A stretch of 62,283 nt of DNA, counting the filler, from Nemertoderma westbladi (lineage: Eukaryota > Animalia > Xenacoelomorpha), in the NCBI GenBank assembly GCA_032718475.1. It is 4 parts of 4 records of this genome, joined end to end, with 100 filler letters (N's around TTAATTAATTAA, not from the genome) between each part and the next. Parts side by side here need not be neighbours in the genome. Positions count along the whole stretch, not along the records: positions 32,482 to 53,720 come from JAUCBJ010000512.1; positions 53,821 to 62,283 come from JAUCBJ010005812.1; 2 more parts are not named here. The stretch is one strand, 5' to 3'. Positions 50,001-62,283 of this stretch are shown one piece after another. Under the pieces are notes generated by a model. It searched no databases and had not been told where the DNA came from. It saw only the letters and a list, made by a program, of their open reading frames with translations. Each line of letters begins with the position of its first letter. Within the stretch, counting starts at the first letter, position 1. The position numbers and the translations under genes were made by a program.

Positions 50001-53000
50001 CTGATGAAATCAACGCCCAAACATTGGGAATCCCATCCCAGTGCAGTGGTAAGTCACTGCTGATGAAATCAGCGCCCAAACATTTGGAATCCCATCCCAG
50101 TGCAGTGGTAAGTCACTGCTGATGAAATCAGCGCCCAAACATTGGGAATCCCATCCCAGTGCAGTGGTAAGTCACTGCTGATGAAATCAGCGCCCAAACA
50201 TTTGGAATCCCATCCCAGTGCAGTGGTAAGTCACTGCTGATGAAATCAACGCCCAAACATTGGGAATCCCATCCCAGTGCAGTGGTAAGTCACTGCTGAT
50301 GAAATCAGCGCCCAAACATTTGGAATCCCATCCCAGTGCAGTGGTAAGTCACTGCTGATGAAATCAGCGCCCAAACATTGGGAATCCCATCCCAGTGCAG
50401 TGGTAAGTCACTGCTGATGAAATCAGCGCCCAAACATTGGGAATCCCATCCCAGTGCAGTGGTAAGTCACTGCTGATGAAATCAGCGCCCAAACATTTGG
50501 AATCCCATCCCAGTGCAGTGGTAAGTCACTGCTGATGAAATCAGCGCCCAAACATTTGGAATCCCATCCCAGTGCAGTGGTAAGTCACTGCTGATGAAAT
50601 CAGCGCCCAAACATTGGGAATCCCATCCCAGTGCAGTGGTAAGTCACTGCTGATGAAATCAGCGCCCAAACATTTGGAATCCCATCCCAGTGCAGTGGTA
50701 AGTCACTGCTGATGAAATCAGCGCCCAAACATTGGGAATCCCATCCCAGTGCAGTGGTAAGTCACTGCTGATGAAATCAGCGCCCAAACATTGGGAATCC
50801 CATCCCAGTGCAGTGGTAAGTCACTGCTGATGAAATCAGCGCCCAAACATTGGGAATCCCATCCCAGTGCAGTGGTAAGTCACTGCTGATGAAATCAGCG
50901 CCCAAACATTGGGAATCCCATCCCAGTGCAGTGGTAAGTCACTGCTGATGAAATCAGCGCCCAAACATTGGGAATCCCATCCCAGTGCAGTGGTAAGTCA
51001 CTGCTGATGAAATCAACGCCCAAACATTGGGAATCCCATCCCAGTGCAGTGGTAAGTCACTGCTGATGAAATCAACGCCCAAACATTGGGAATCCCATCC
51101 CAGTGCAGTGGTAAGTCACTGCTGATGAAATCAACGCCCAAACATTGGGAATCCCATCCCAGTGCAGTGGTAAGTCACTGCTGATGAAATCAACGCCCAA
51201 ACATTGGGAATCCCATCCCAGTGCAGTGGTAAGTCACTGCTGATGAAATCAACGCCCAAACATTGGGAATCCCATCCCAGTGCAGTGGTAAGTCACTGCT
51301 GATGAAATCAACGCCCAAACATTGGGAATCCCATCCCAGTGCAGTGGTAAGTCACTGCTGATGAAATCAGCGCCCAAACATTTGGAATCCCATCCCAGTG
51401 CAGTGGTAAGTCACTGCTGATGAAATCAACGCCCAAACATTGGGAATCCCATCCCAGTGCAGTGGTAAGTCACTGCTGATGAAATCAGCGCCCAAACATT
51501 GGGAATCCCATCCCAGTGCAGTGGTAAGTCACTGCTGATGAAATCAACGCCCAAACATTGGGAATCCCATCCCAGTGCAGTGGTAAGTCACTGCTGATGA
51601 AATCAACGCCCAAACATTGGGAATCCCATCCCAGTGCAGTGGTAAGTCACTGCTGATGAAATCAACGCCCAAACATTGGGAATCCCATCCCAGTGCAGTG
51701 GTAAGTCACTGCTGATGAAATCAGCGCCCAAACATTGGGAATCCCATCCCAGTGCAGTGGTAAGTCACTGCTGATGAAATCAACGCCCAAACATTGGGAA
51801 TCCCATCCCAGTGCAGTGGTAAGTCACTGCTGATGAAATCAGCGCCCAAACATTTGGAATCCCATCCCAGTGCAGTGGTAAGTCACTGCTGATGAAATCA
51901 GCGCCCAAACATTGGGAATCCCATCCCAGTGCAGTGGTAAGTCACTGCTGATGAAATCAGCGCCCAAACATTGGGAATCCCATCCCAGTGCAGTGGTAAG
52001 TCACTGCTGATGAAATCAGCGCCCAAACATTGGGAATCCCATCCCAGTGCAGTGGTAAGTCACTGCTGATGAAATCAGCGCCCAAACATTGGGAATCCCA
52101 TCCCAGTGCAGTGGTAAGTCACTGCTGATGAAATCAGCGCCCAAACATTGGGAATCCCATCCCAGTGCAGTGGTAAGTCACTGCTGATGAAATCAGCGCC
52201 CAAACATTGGGAATCCCATCCCAGTGCAGTGGTAAGTCACTGCTGATGAAATCAGCGCCCAAACATTGGGAATCCCATCCCAGTGCAGTGGTAAGTCACT
52301 GCTGATGAAATCAGCGCCCAAACATTGGGAATCCCATCCCAGTGCAGTGGTAAGTCACTGCTGATGAAATCAGCGCCCAAACATTGGGAATCCCATCCCA
52401 GTGCAGTGGTAAGTCACTGCTGATGAAATCAGCGCCCAAACATTTGGAATCCCATCCCAGTGCAGTGGTAAGTCACTGCTGATGAAATCAGCGCCCAAAC
52501 ATTGGGAATCCCATCCCAGTGCAGTGGTAAGTCACTGCTGATGAAATCAGCGCCCAAACATTGGGAATCCCATCCCAGTGCAGTGGTAAGTCACTGCTGA
52601 TGAAATCAGCGCCCAAACATTGGGAATCCCATCCCAGTGCAGTGGTAAGTCACTGCTGATGAAATCAGCGCCCAAACATTGGGAATCCCATCCCAGTGCA
52701 GTGGTAAGTCACTGCTGATGAAATCAACGCCCAAACATTGGGAATCCCATCCCAGTGCAGTGGTAAGTCACTGCTGATGAAATCAGCGCCCAAACATTGG
52801 GAATCCCATCCCAGTGCAGTGGTAAGTCACTGCTGATGAAATCAGCGCCCAAACATTGGGAATCCCATCCCAGTGCAGTGGTAAGTCACTGCTGATGAAA
52901 TCAGCGCCCAAACATTGGGAATCCCATCCCAGTGCAGTGGTAAGTCACTGCTGATGAAATCAGCGCCCAAACATTGGGAATCCCATCCCAGTGCAGTGGT

Positions 53001-53720
53001 AAGTCACTGCTGATGAAATCAGCGCCCAAACATTGGGAATCCCATCCCAGTGCAGTGGTAAGTCACTGCTGATGAAATCAGCGCCCAAACATTGGGAATC
53101 CCATCCCAGTGCAGTGGTAAGTCACTGCTGATGAAATCAGCGCCCAAACATTGGGAATCCCATCCCAGTGCAGTGGTAAGTCACTGCTGATGAAATCAGC
53201 GCCCAAACATTGGGAATCCCATCCCAGTGCAGTGGTAAGTCACTGCTGATGAAATCAGCGCCCAAACATTGGGAATCCCATCCCAGTGCAGTGGTAAGTC
53301 ACTGCTGATGAAATCAGCGCCCAAACATTGGGAATCCCATCCCAGTGCAGTGGTAAGTCACTGCTGATGAAATCAGCGCCCAAACATTTGGAATCCCATC
53401 CCAGTGCAGTGGTAAGTCACTGCTGATGAAATCAGCGCCCAAACATTGGGAATCCCATCCCAGTGCAGTGGTAAGTCACTGCTGATGAAATCAGCGCCCA
53501 AACATTGGGAATCCCATCCCAGTGCAGTGGTAAGTCACTGCTGATGAAATCAGCGCCCAAACATTGGGAATCCCATCCCAGTGCAGTGGTAAGTCACTGC
53601 TGATGAAATCAGCGCCCAAACATTGGGAATCCCATCCCAGTGCAGTGGTAAGTCACTGCTGATGAAATCAGCGCCCAAACATTGGGAATCCCATCCCAGT
53701 GCAGTGGTAAGTCACTGCTG
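41063..53720. repeat. 59-bp satellite, ~214 copies, runs into the gap
   Basis: AGTGCAGTGGTAAGTCACTGCTGATGAAATCA(G/A)CGCCCAAACATT(G/T)GGAATCCCATCCC. Confidence 0.98.
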
Positions 53721-53820
53721 NNNNNNNNNNNNNNNNNNNNNNNNNNNNNNNNNNNNNNNNNNNNTTAATTAATTAANNNNNNNNNNNNNNNNNNNNNNNN
53801 NNNNNNNNNNNNNNNNNNNN
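53721..53820. other. Artificial scaffold/concatenation linker
   Basis: N44-TTAATTAATTAA-N44. Confidence 0.95.
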
Positions 53821-54179
53821 TCGCTGGCCCGAGCACCATACAGCCATAGTTCTGTAGTTGTCAGTTGGGATACTGACTACTGGTTGCGGTGAGCTATAAC
53901 GTGAACGACTGCACAGCAGAACAATACAGCAGTAACTGTAGTCCCCAATACAGCAGTAGTGCTGCGGCTTCCCACAAATTTAAATATGAAAAAAGATAAG
54001 TAAAATGTCATCAATTTTCAAATTGTTAATGCAAAAATTAATAATTTTCACCCCTTTTTCAATTTTCGATTCAGATTAGGTTCAGATTTGGCATAATTCT
54101 CGAGATTGGGTCCAGAATGGATTCAGATAGGTTCAGATATGACTTAAGTACTATCCAATCTTGTTAGGCTAAATGTTAA

Positions 54180-55108
54180 CCCTATTACCACGGGGGGCGG
54201 CAAATCGGCCTCCCCTTGTATAAAATTGCTGTAATTGCTGTAGAACAACATTATGTATATTTGTTTTGAGAATTAGCCAAATTTAATAGCGCATTTTCGA
54301 TGTGGGTCCCACCTAAAAATTTTGTCCCCAACACAAATATTTTTTAAATTTTCGAATTTTATAAGGTCAGTTGTAAGTTCGTCCTTAGGGATATTATGGG
54401 CTTTTTTATTGATTCTGATTGATATGGAGCACTCTACCCTTATAGTGGTACGTCATTTTTGGGGCACCAAAATTAGGGCATGGCATTTCAGATTTTGAAA
54501 TATTCAGGTCTCGAAAAATACTCCAAAGTTTTGATTTAAACGCATTATTATAGGTTAGCTGGACCGCTGAATCGATTGAAAGTAATATTGAATCATCAAG
54601 GGTTAGTGGTATGTCATATTAGTGCACCAAAATTACGATGTGGCACTTTTTCAAAATTTAAAGCGCACGCCCAAATTTTGGTGCACCAAAAATGGCGAAC
54701 CACTAAGTCTTCAGGCTTCTATATTACTTTCAATCGATTAAGCGGCCCAGAAAACCTATAAAAATGCGTTAAAATCTCAACATTGGTGTAGTTTCCGAAT
54801 CTTGTATTTTTCAAATTTTGAAGTGCCACGCCCTTATTTTGGTGCAACAAAAGCGAGCTACCTCTAGGTAGTCATATTTTTAGAGTAGTGTCATTCGAAT
54901 CAGCGACCCAGAATACGATATTTTCCAGGTCTCTTACAAAATTTTCATTTTTTAAGGTTTGGAAGTTTTCTTCGTTAATTTTTTCACTTACAACCCAAAT
55001 TTTGTAGGATCTATTTGGACGATTACTAAAATACAATGAGGGGGGGGGGGGGGGATCGGCCCCCCCGCCAGTACTGCTATTTGTCTAAACACCCCAGTGG
55101 TAATAAGG
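54180..55108. mobile_element. piggyBac-like MITE (TTAA TSD)
   Basis: CCCTATTACCACGGGG / CCCCAGTGGTAATAAGG TIRs; TTAA at 54176-54179 and 55109-55112; inserted in a 21-bp repeat GTTAATGTTGATAGGCTAAAT. Confidence 0.8.
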
Positions 55109-55250
55109 TTAATGTTGATAGGCTAAATGTTAATGTTGATAGACGAAATGTTACCGGTAATGTTGCTAGGCTAAATGTTAATGTTGATAGGCTAAATGCT
55201 AATGGTGATAGACTAAATGTTAATGTTGATGGGCTAAAATATTAATGTTG
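55109..55250. repeat. 21-bp tandem repeat, ~7 copies
   Basis: TTAATGTTGATAGGCTAAATG. Confidence 0.85.
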
Positions 55251-55379
55251 CTATATTCACAAGAAAGCTACGTCGGGCCACAACCTAAGTTTCTAAGCCT
55301 TTCAACATACGAACTTCTAGATAACGCTACATTTGATATTAAATAAAGTGGCAAGATACGTAACAGATAATGAGTAAGA

Positions 55380-55779
55380 TCATGTTTAATGCGATCCAGA
55401 ACATCGCATTAAACCCTGGAGATTATAGCGATTACATTATTGAGAATGGATATACTGGTAGGATAACAGTGGAAAATGCAATCACATTGTTGGTACCCTA
55501 ACTGTAAGTGTATTGACAAGACGTAAATTATACACTGATTAAATTAGCCGAGGTCTAGAAATGTATGGACTGAGCGGGATATTAAATAACAACAAAGAAT
55601 TATGTCCCAAACTGTTTATCATTCCAGAATCCTCCTCTTACACGGATGTAACCGCAAACTACTTAGTATCGAATCTGCAGCCACAGTATTCTCTGAGTTC
55701 TACGCGAAAAGAGTGGGGGGAAGCCGTCATTGATGACTTCCAAGATTTTTTAATAACTCTGGAGCATGAAAACATTTAA
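55380..55779 (+). pseudogene. G2E3-like HECT domain fragment (probably transposon cargo)
   Basis: 'ISRGLEMYGLSGILNNNKELCPKLF' and 'RKEWGEAVIDDFQDFLITLE' resemble the HECT N-lobe; upstream stops and frameshifts. Confidence 0.45.
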
Positions 55780-56399
55780 GGTTTTAGTGAACTAATAGCC
55801 ATTGATCACAGTTGGGCTGAACCACCTTTTAGTCGAAGAAAAATGCCCTGATTACTGATTGCATTTTTTGATAGAGTTCAACATTCAAAAAATTATAATT
55901 TCAAAATCTTATGACGGTAGCTTTTTGAGATATTTGATTAAATAGTATTAAATAATTTTGTAATACTATTTAATATATATAATGACAAATATTTAAATTA
56001 AATGCCCAATCTAAATTTTTATTTTATTTTGTAGCAGTGGAATCAAAATATACTTAAAATATAAATTTATATCGATGGCTTTTTGAAATATTAATATATA
56101 AGTAATAATTGTTACTATTTAACTTTTAATTATTACTATTGGTCTGTGTATTATTTAAATCATTGACCGGATCACGCACCCTGCGGTTGTATTTATCTAC
56201 TTGAGTTTTATGATTTATGCAATATTAATATAATATATATATATATATATATAAGCTTTCCCACTATTAGGGCTACTTTGCAACGTTCCGTCCTATAGGC
56301 CGCAACGCTGCAAAGTAGTACTTTGCAGCGTTATGAGTAATTCACCAGAACGCTGTTAAGTTGACATAATGTAACAAAATATATTGTAACAAACATTTT

Positions 56400-56845
56400 A
56401 TTTTTTTTATTTTTAGATAATCTAAATAATATTTGTCATTTGGGTGGCTCCAAGGGGACATTGTCTTGTAAGAACCATTATATTTTTTAGTGGCCCTTTA
56501 TGAACAGTGACTAATTAAGGCCATTTTGAACTTTTGGCTCAAATGGAACATGTTCTTGCATGGGCCATTCATTGCCTTTTCAAAGGCGTTTGATAAAAAT
56601 TGGCTAATATCGGGCCACATTATAGTTGAGTGGCTCCAAGCGACACTATCCAATATGGGCCATTTCAGATTTGAATGGCTTTAAGGGAAAATTGCCTAAT
56701 ATATATGAAATATATTTCATATTTAAGTGGCTCTAATGGACAATGTCTTGTAAGAGCCATTTCATTTTTTGGTGGCCGTTTATGAACAGTGTCCAAGAGA
56801 GGTCATTTTAGTGGCTCCAATGAAATATTATATTGCATGGGACAA
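56400..56845. repeat. Degenerate ~55-60-bp tandem repeat
   Basis: Recurring GTGGCTCCAA...GGCCATT units. Confidence 0.6.
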
Positions 56846-58059
56846 ACCTTTTTAAATCCTTTTTAAATTACATAAATAAAATATTATTCGTCTAGGGGGG
56901 AGGGGGGGGGGGGGGGTCGAGCTTGCTTGACACTTTGTGACAGATGGGGGGGGGGGGGTCAAAAAACTGGAAAATTTGCGTGACATACTTTATGAACGCC
57001 CCCATAACTAATAAACTATGTTTTATCATTTTAGATGGAGAAGTACGGTATTGTACATGGTCGATTCGCTCGGCGGGCGACACTTGCTGACGTCATAGAC
57101 AACTCGCCGGTCATGGAGGGCCACCATATGGCGGCAATGATTATGAGTGTAACCTGCGCAGCAAAGAAAAATAAACCGGCACTAATTTCTCAGTCGCCAG
57201 CGAAGAAGGCCAGGGCGTCTTCATACCATACTCTGGCCTTCCTACTGTAAGTAAAAATTATTACTATTACTGATACTAATGTTAATATTTTTTTCAATAT
57301 TCGCAATATGTGACATTACTACCAAAAATAACATGAATTAAAAAACAATCATCAATTTAATTTATGTATATTAATACATTATATTACTAATTTGGAGTTG
57401 TTCAAACTAAATCCTATTAAAAATACAAATATGGTTACCTGCTAAAGTTAAATTTACACTAACTACATCATAATAATATTATATTTTAATAATTATTTTT
57501 AACGATATGTGTTCTAATGAGACGTTTAGTATGCTATTCCCGACCCACGCCGATTCAGAGAGGTTCTTCGAGAACGGTCAACCAGTCTTTGGTTGGATCG
57601 GGGAGTCCACTCTATACGTTTCTGTCGCCGGTGGTTGAATATTGATTGAGGACGATTGATCGGACTCAAACTGAAAATAAAAATACATCTCTATAAATAT
57701 TAACGTTGTCTAGCTGTGTGTCTGTCAGGTCTGACTGTTTATCTAGCTTCCTGTCTGGTAGGGAAGCAACAGAGCTAAAATTTCATCCGGAGCCGGAGCC
57801 CGGAGGTTTCTCCGGGTAACAATGTGAGCTCCGGCCGGAACCAGAGCCGGAGCTTTGGTGAATTGATAATTCCAATGTACAGCATACAGACAGACGAATG
57901 TTCGGGCTTAAATTAATGTTGTTTTAGAGGTCGGCATATTGCATTGGGCAATAGGAGCATATTTTATTCCCCTTTCCCAAATTATTTCGTCTAACTCTGA
58001 ATGACAATAATTCCTGTGTCATTAAGTCCTGTCATTAGATCTCTTCATTGTCGCCACGC

Positions 58060-59573
58060 AAATACTTACCCCCTGAGGTCTTTAAAATACCTGAGTGTTT
58101 AAAGCTCATCTATCCCATCATAGTAGACATGTACCGAACAACAAGAGTCCCACACGAAATGAAAACAAATAAGTTGGTGCCAGTTCCCAAGAAGGGCAAC
58201 CTAACACTCTATGGTTCTTTTCGGGGAATCTCATTGATCTCGATTGCTGCAAAGCTATACAATAGGATTCTATCAGGGATCCCATTGAGAGACTGCTCCG
58301 TGGAAATCAGAATGGGTTCCGTAAAGGTCGTGGGACCATGGAGCCCATTTTGGCACTTAGAAGGATAATTGAAGAATTATCAAAAAAGAAAGACAGGCAT
58401 CTGGCTGTTATCTTTGTTGACTTCTTCAAGGCCTTTGATTCAGTCTCTCGCTCACGTATGTTCAGCATACTTTCATTATATGGGATTCCTGATGAAATTA
58501 TTGCAGCAATCAGATCAGTATACGATGGTACGACAACATTTGTGTCTACTGTTGACGGTGACACAGAACCATTTGAAGTGTTATGGGGCGTCCTCCAAGG
58601 AGACACACTTGCACCATTCTTGTTCATTATTGTGGTTGACTATGTTCTACGCATGTCCTTAGATCATCATAATGATGATGGGGTGATGATAACTCCACCT
58701 ACTGGCTCCAGAAGTCGAGGAAATCCTGCCAAGTACCTAACTGATCTAGACTTTGCTGATGACTTAGGAGTACTCTCAGAATCATTAGAGGGAGCCCAAC
58801 GGCTCCTCAGCTCATTAGAACATGCTGCTTCTAGTGTTGGTCTTTTTATTAACTCCAGAAAGACCAAAATTCTGACAGTTAACTTTGAAAGTCCTCAGCA
58901 AGTTTCTGATCGGATGAGCATAAGCTCAAAGGATGGTATGCTTGAGCATGTGGACGACTTCTGTTACCTGGGATCATGGATCCGGAAGTCAGGTGAGGAC
59001 CTTCGAATACGTAAGGGAAAGGCATGGGCAGCCTTGTATAGGCTTTCCAGGATTTGGAAGTCACCGAGAATTAATCGGAAACTTAAGGTCCGATTATTTA
59101 GAGCAGCAGTAGTTCCAGTACTCCTCTACGGGAGTCCATGCTGGGCTCTAACTGCTGAGGACACCAAATCTCTGGGTGGCACATTCACAAGAATGCTACG
59201 CCGGGTTCATTGTGTCAAGTACAATGCACACATCTCCAACCAGACATTATATAACATTGGAGGTGTCTCATTGGTTCCCCCAAGCTTGACACTAGAACAA
59301 AATCGCCTCCGCTTTGCAGGACATTGCTTTCGCCGTGAGGACCAGCCAGTGCATAATCTTGTACTTTGGCAGCCTCGTGGAGTGAATAAGCATGGTGGAC
59401 AGCCCATGACTTTCTTGAGACGCATCTTAAAGGACACTGGCCTTAAAGATGCGGATGATCTAGCAAATGTCATGGGTGATAGGGAATTGTGGCGGTGCAA
59501 TTTTGTTGACAAGCCGGCACAGCATTCTTAAAAATGCAGCTGCAATGCAGCATGCCGATCCTAGTAGTAGTAG
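58060..59573 (+). mobile_element. 5'-truncated RTE-clade LINE (family B), RT with one frameshifting deletion, (TAG)n tail
   Basis: 'DFFKAFD', 'GVLQGDTLAP', 'FADD', 'YLGSW', 'RLRFAGHCFR'; lacks 10 nt near 58272 relative to the copy at 15511-16381; tail 59562-59573. Confidence 0.9.
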
Positions 59574-60614
59574 CGAAATGTTGATTCTAATGGAGAAACT
59601 TAAGGACAGCTGTACAACGATGCACCACCTAATGGCTAACTGTGATGAACCCAAATAATAATACTAAATACTATTTACTTTATTGTGGGAAAACTGGGAC
59701 ACACTGTTAGTTTAGACCCGAGTGTATTTATGTACCGAGTGAGCGCAACGATGGAGGCTTACATAAATATACAAGGGTCATAAACGATGAATAGTGTCCA
59801 TTCAACACAATGGTGTACGTGATTTTGTTACATTATGTCAACTTATCGGTGTTCTGAATGCTTAATTTTTAGCTTTAGTATTGTAATGCTTAGCGTTTTG
59901 GCGCTCTAACCAAACATTTCTTGCAAACACTGAAAGTTACAATAACTTTTGAGTGTGCGCACGGATTTAGCTGAAATTGCATGCTAATTTTTTTACAACG
60001 ATGCACTTTTGATTCATGTAATAAAATTTAAGAAATTCCACTAAAATTATTTTCACATTTGCTTATTTTCATTATGTTGCTTTTTTCTCCGTGAAAAAAA
60101 TTAAATTAAATTCAATCCTATGGGATACTTATTTCCCTATGGGAAAAAGTGCTTCTTTTTCTCCCGATTTTGGGGGATATTCGGATCAAAAACTTGATGA
60201 TAGCCATTGCAGGCTAAGCGTAAGAATATTTACCGTACTGCTGTAACCTTTACTGCAAATATTTGCATAAAAAGGATATTGATTTCATTAATATTCCTAA
60301 ACATTACAATTTAAAAGTATTTCTATATTACTAAAATACCTATTTTTGAAATTTATTGGATGTTTTCTTGCAAAATACTCTAGCAACACCAAGTTAATTG
60401 TGGTGTTGGCCATTAAAACAACCGTTTGGGTTTGGGTACTAAAATATACTATGATTTATAGATTGTCTTAGGGCTAGGTTTAACTGTTTCTGTCCTCTTT
60501 TGTTGAGGTGAATTTCATCTTGAAGAAGGGGTTTATGTGGGTCAGTAAATCCCCTTACTGCCAAGGATTGCTGTGTATTCATGCAATTGTCCCCTGTTTG
60601 AACCAGTTCACCTA

Positions 60615-60915
60615 CACACACACACACCACACCACACACCACACACCACACACCACACACCACACACCACACACCACACACCACACACCACACACCACAC
60701 ACCACACACCACACACCACACACCACACACCACACACCACACACCACACACCACACACCACACACCACACACCACACACCACACACCACACACCACACAC
60801 CACACACCACACACCACACACCACACACCACACACCACACACCACACACCACACACCACACACCACACACCACACACCACACACCACACACCACACACCA
60901 CACACCACACACCAC
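60615..60915. repeat. (CCACACA)n 7-bp microsatellite
   Basis: ~41 perfect units preceded by (CA)n. Confidence 0.97.
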
Positions 60916-60929
60916 AGCTGGTGACGTAT

Positions 60930-61715
60930 ACCTTTGTGGTATGATCCTCCCTTGTGTTCTAGAATACTGTTACTTAGGGCATACCCTCTGTTGCAACCTA
61001 TCTGATGAACCTGACATTAAGCGTTTGAAATCAACCTTATATTGTCGTGGTAATCAATTAGCCAGAACGTTTAATAAATCCTCTTTACCTATAAAATCCA
61101 TTATTTTCAAAACTTATTGTTATAACTTATACTGTTGTTCTCTATGGTCTGTGTTTCGTGTTGAATCCTTACGTAGATTAAAGGTAGCTTACAATTACGC
61201 TTTCCGTCAATTATTTTCATATTGTAGTACCGAAGACGCCAACACTTTATTTTGTTTGAACCGTATCAATACTTTTAAATCAATTTGTCGTACTGCTATT
61301 TTTTCACTGTTACATCGTGTTTCAATATCTTCAAATCCTATACTTCGTACCTGTAACTCTATTGGTATGTCTACGCTTAGATCTCGCTGGAATATTGTTT
61401 TAGGGGTCGATGAAAACTAACCTATATCCAATTAGTAATTTGTACTCTATTCTCTTTTCAATCTATACAATTTATGAACACTTTGGTATTTCATTATTAA
61501 CTTATGGCCGATAGTTTCTACATTCCTTTTCTTTTTTTGGGTGCGCCCATTAATAACGTCTCATTCTTACAGTACATTGTGCTAGCTGCTAGGTACTGTA
61601 GTTGCTTTATATTAGTTTATAGATACAGTAGTAGCCTACAGTAGAGTTGTGCGGTGCTACATAATGTTTACATTAATGTTCCTGCACGAAATTAAACATA
61701 ATAATAATAATAATA
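60930..61715 (+). mobile_element. 3' fragment of an RTEX-like LINE with (AAT)n tail
   Basis: 'YLGHTL..DIKR..LYCRGNQL..F..IKSIIFKTYC..LYCCSLW..LKVAYNYAFR'; tail ATAATAATAATAATAA at ~61699-61715. Confidence 0.75.
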
Positions 61716-62283
61716 AGGGTGAGATGGTAGGTTGGTTGATTGTTTCTCAACGTTATAACTACAGAGGAAACTTTCAATTTCGTGATACATATTCTTTTGT
61801 AACAACAGGACATTTTAACTAGTACCTACCCTCTGCAGTACCAGTAAGGCGTCTCTGATGTGGTTGTTATATACGTTGCATTGAATTCTATACTTTTCTG
61901 TAATATACTATTTGTAACAAATAATAAATTTGCAGCACCACCCAGCGGATGATATTTATTTTCACAAGATTCCGTCTGATAGATATGTTGCCCCAGTCTT
62001 GCTCTATGTTATAAAAAAATCTTTCATGTGATTAGATACAAAATTGTAAAAGCCTTAGGGTTTTAAGCGCAACCAAGTTTTTATCATTGTTAACTATTAT
62101 AAACTAATATTAAATAACTAAAAATTAAATTTTTCTGATCAGTCAAGTAGAATAGTGTGAAAAATCTAGTATACAATATATAGTTAAAATAAGTGTTTGT
62201 ATTATTTGCCTCTCAAACCGCGAAGAGTTTAAAGCCCTGATTATTTTATGAAGGGTTGCTTACCTTGTAGTAGTTTTATCCTG

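Noticed and set aside
41063-53720. 59-bp satellite as a hammerhead array (contains CTGATGA)
   Set aside because: No stem II followed by GAAA and no NUH with stem III/I pairing on either strand; CTGATGAAATCAG is simply a hairpin.
41063-53720. CRISPR array (also considered for 28600-30900 and 35742-36925)
   Set aside because: Units are contiguous with no unique spacers, there are no cas genes, and the context is eukaryotic.
60439-60944. VCGVWCV / HTPHTT repeat proteins
   Set aside because: Translations of the (CCACACA)n microsatellite. The 'LLQDEIHLNKRGQKQL' tail may be an SGNH esterase ORF1 remnant but is too short to call.

Overview
AT-rich animal (invertebrate-like) genomic DNA, not prokaryotic. 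It consists of four segments joined by artificial 100-bp N linkers carrying TTAATTAATTAA (23513-23612, 32382-32481, 53721-53820), so adjacency across linkers is unproven. Host genes: an intronless DAZAP1/Hrb27C-type two-RRM hnRNP gene (25950-27110) and one large PIBF1 coding exon (32482-33471). The rest is mostly mobile and repetitive DNA: an intact CR1/L2-group LINE with a PHD finger fused to ORF2, two RTE families with (TAG)n tails, CR1, RTEX, CRE and BEL/Pao remnants, Kolobok, Pogo and Sola2 transposase pseudogenes, several MITEs with visible TIRs and TSDs (Kolobok, hAT, IS3EU-like, piggyBac-like), minisatellites, and a >12.6-kb 59-bp hairpin-rich satellite. The most striking signal is two distinct families of non-coding elements that join tRNA-type Pol III promoter boxes to minimal type I hammerhead ribozymes. 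In one (~345-350-nt tandem/inverted units, 16716-17745) the hammerhead sits between the A and B boxes, where an anticodon arm would be, followed by a T6 terminator. In the other (34001-34111) a tRNA-like head is directly followed by an intact hammerhead, inside a ~175-bp inverted repeat. Family assignments come from remembered motifs, not database searches.
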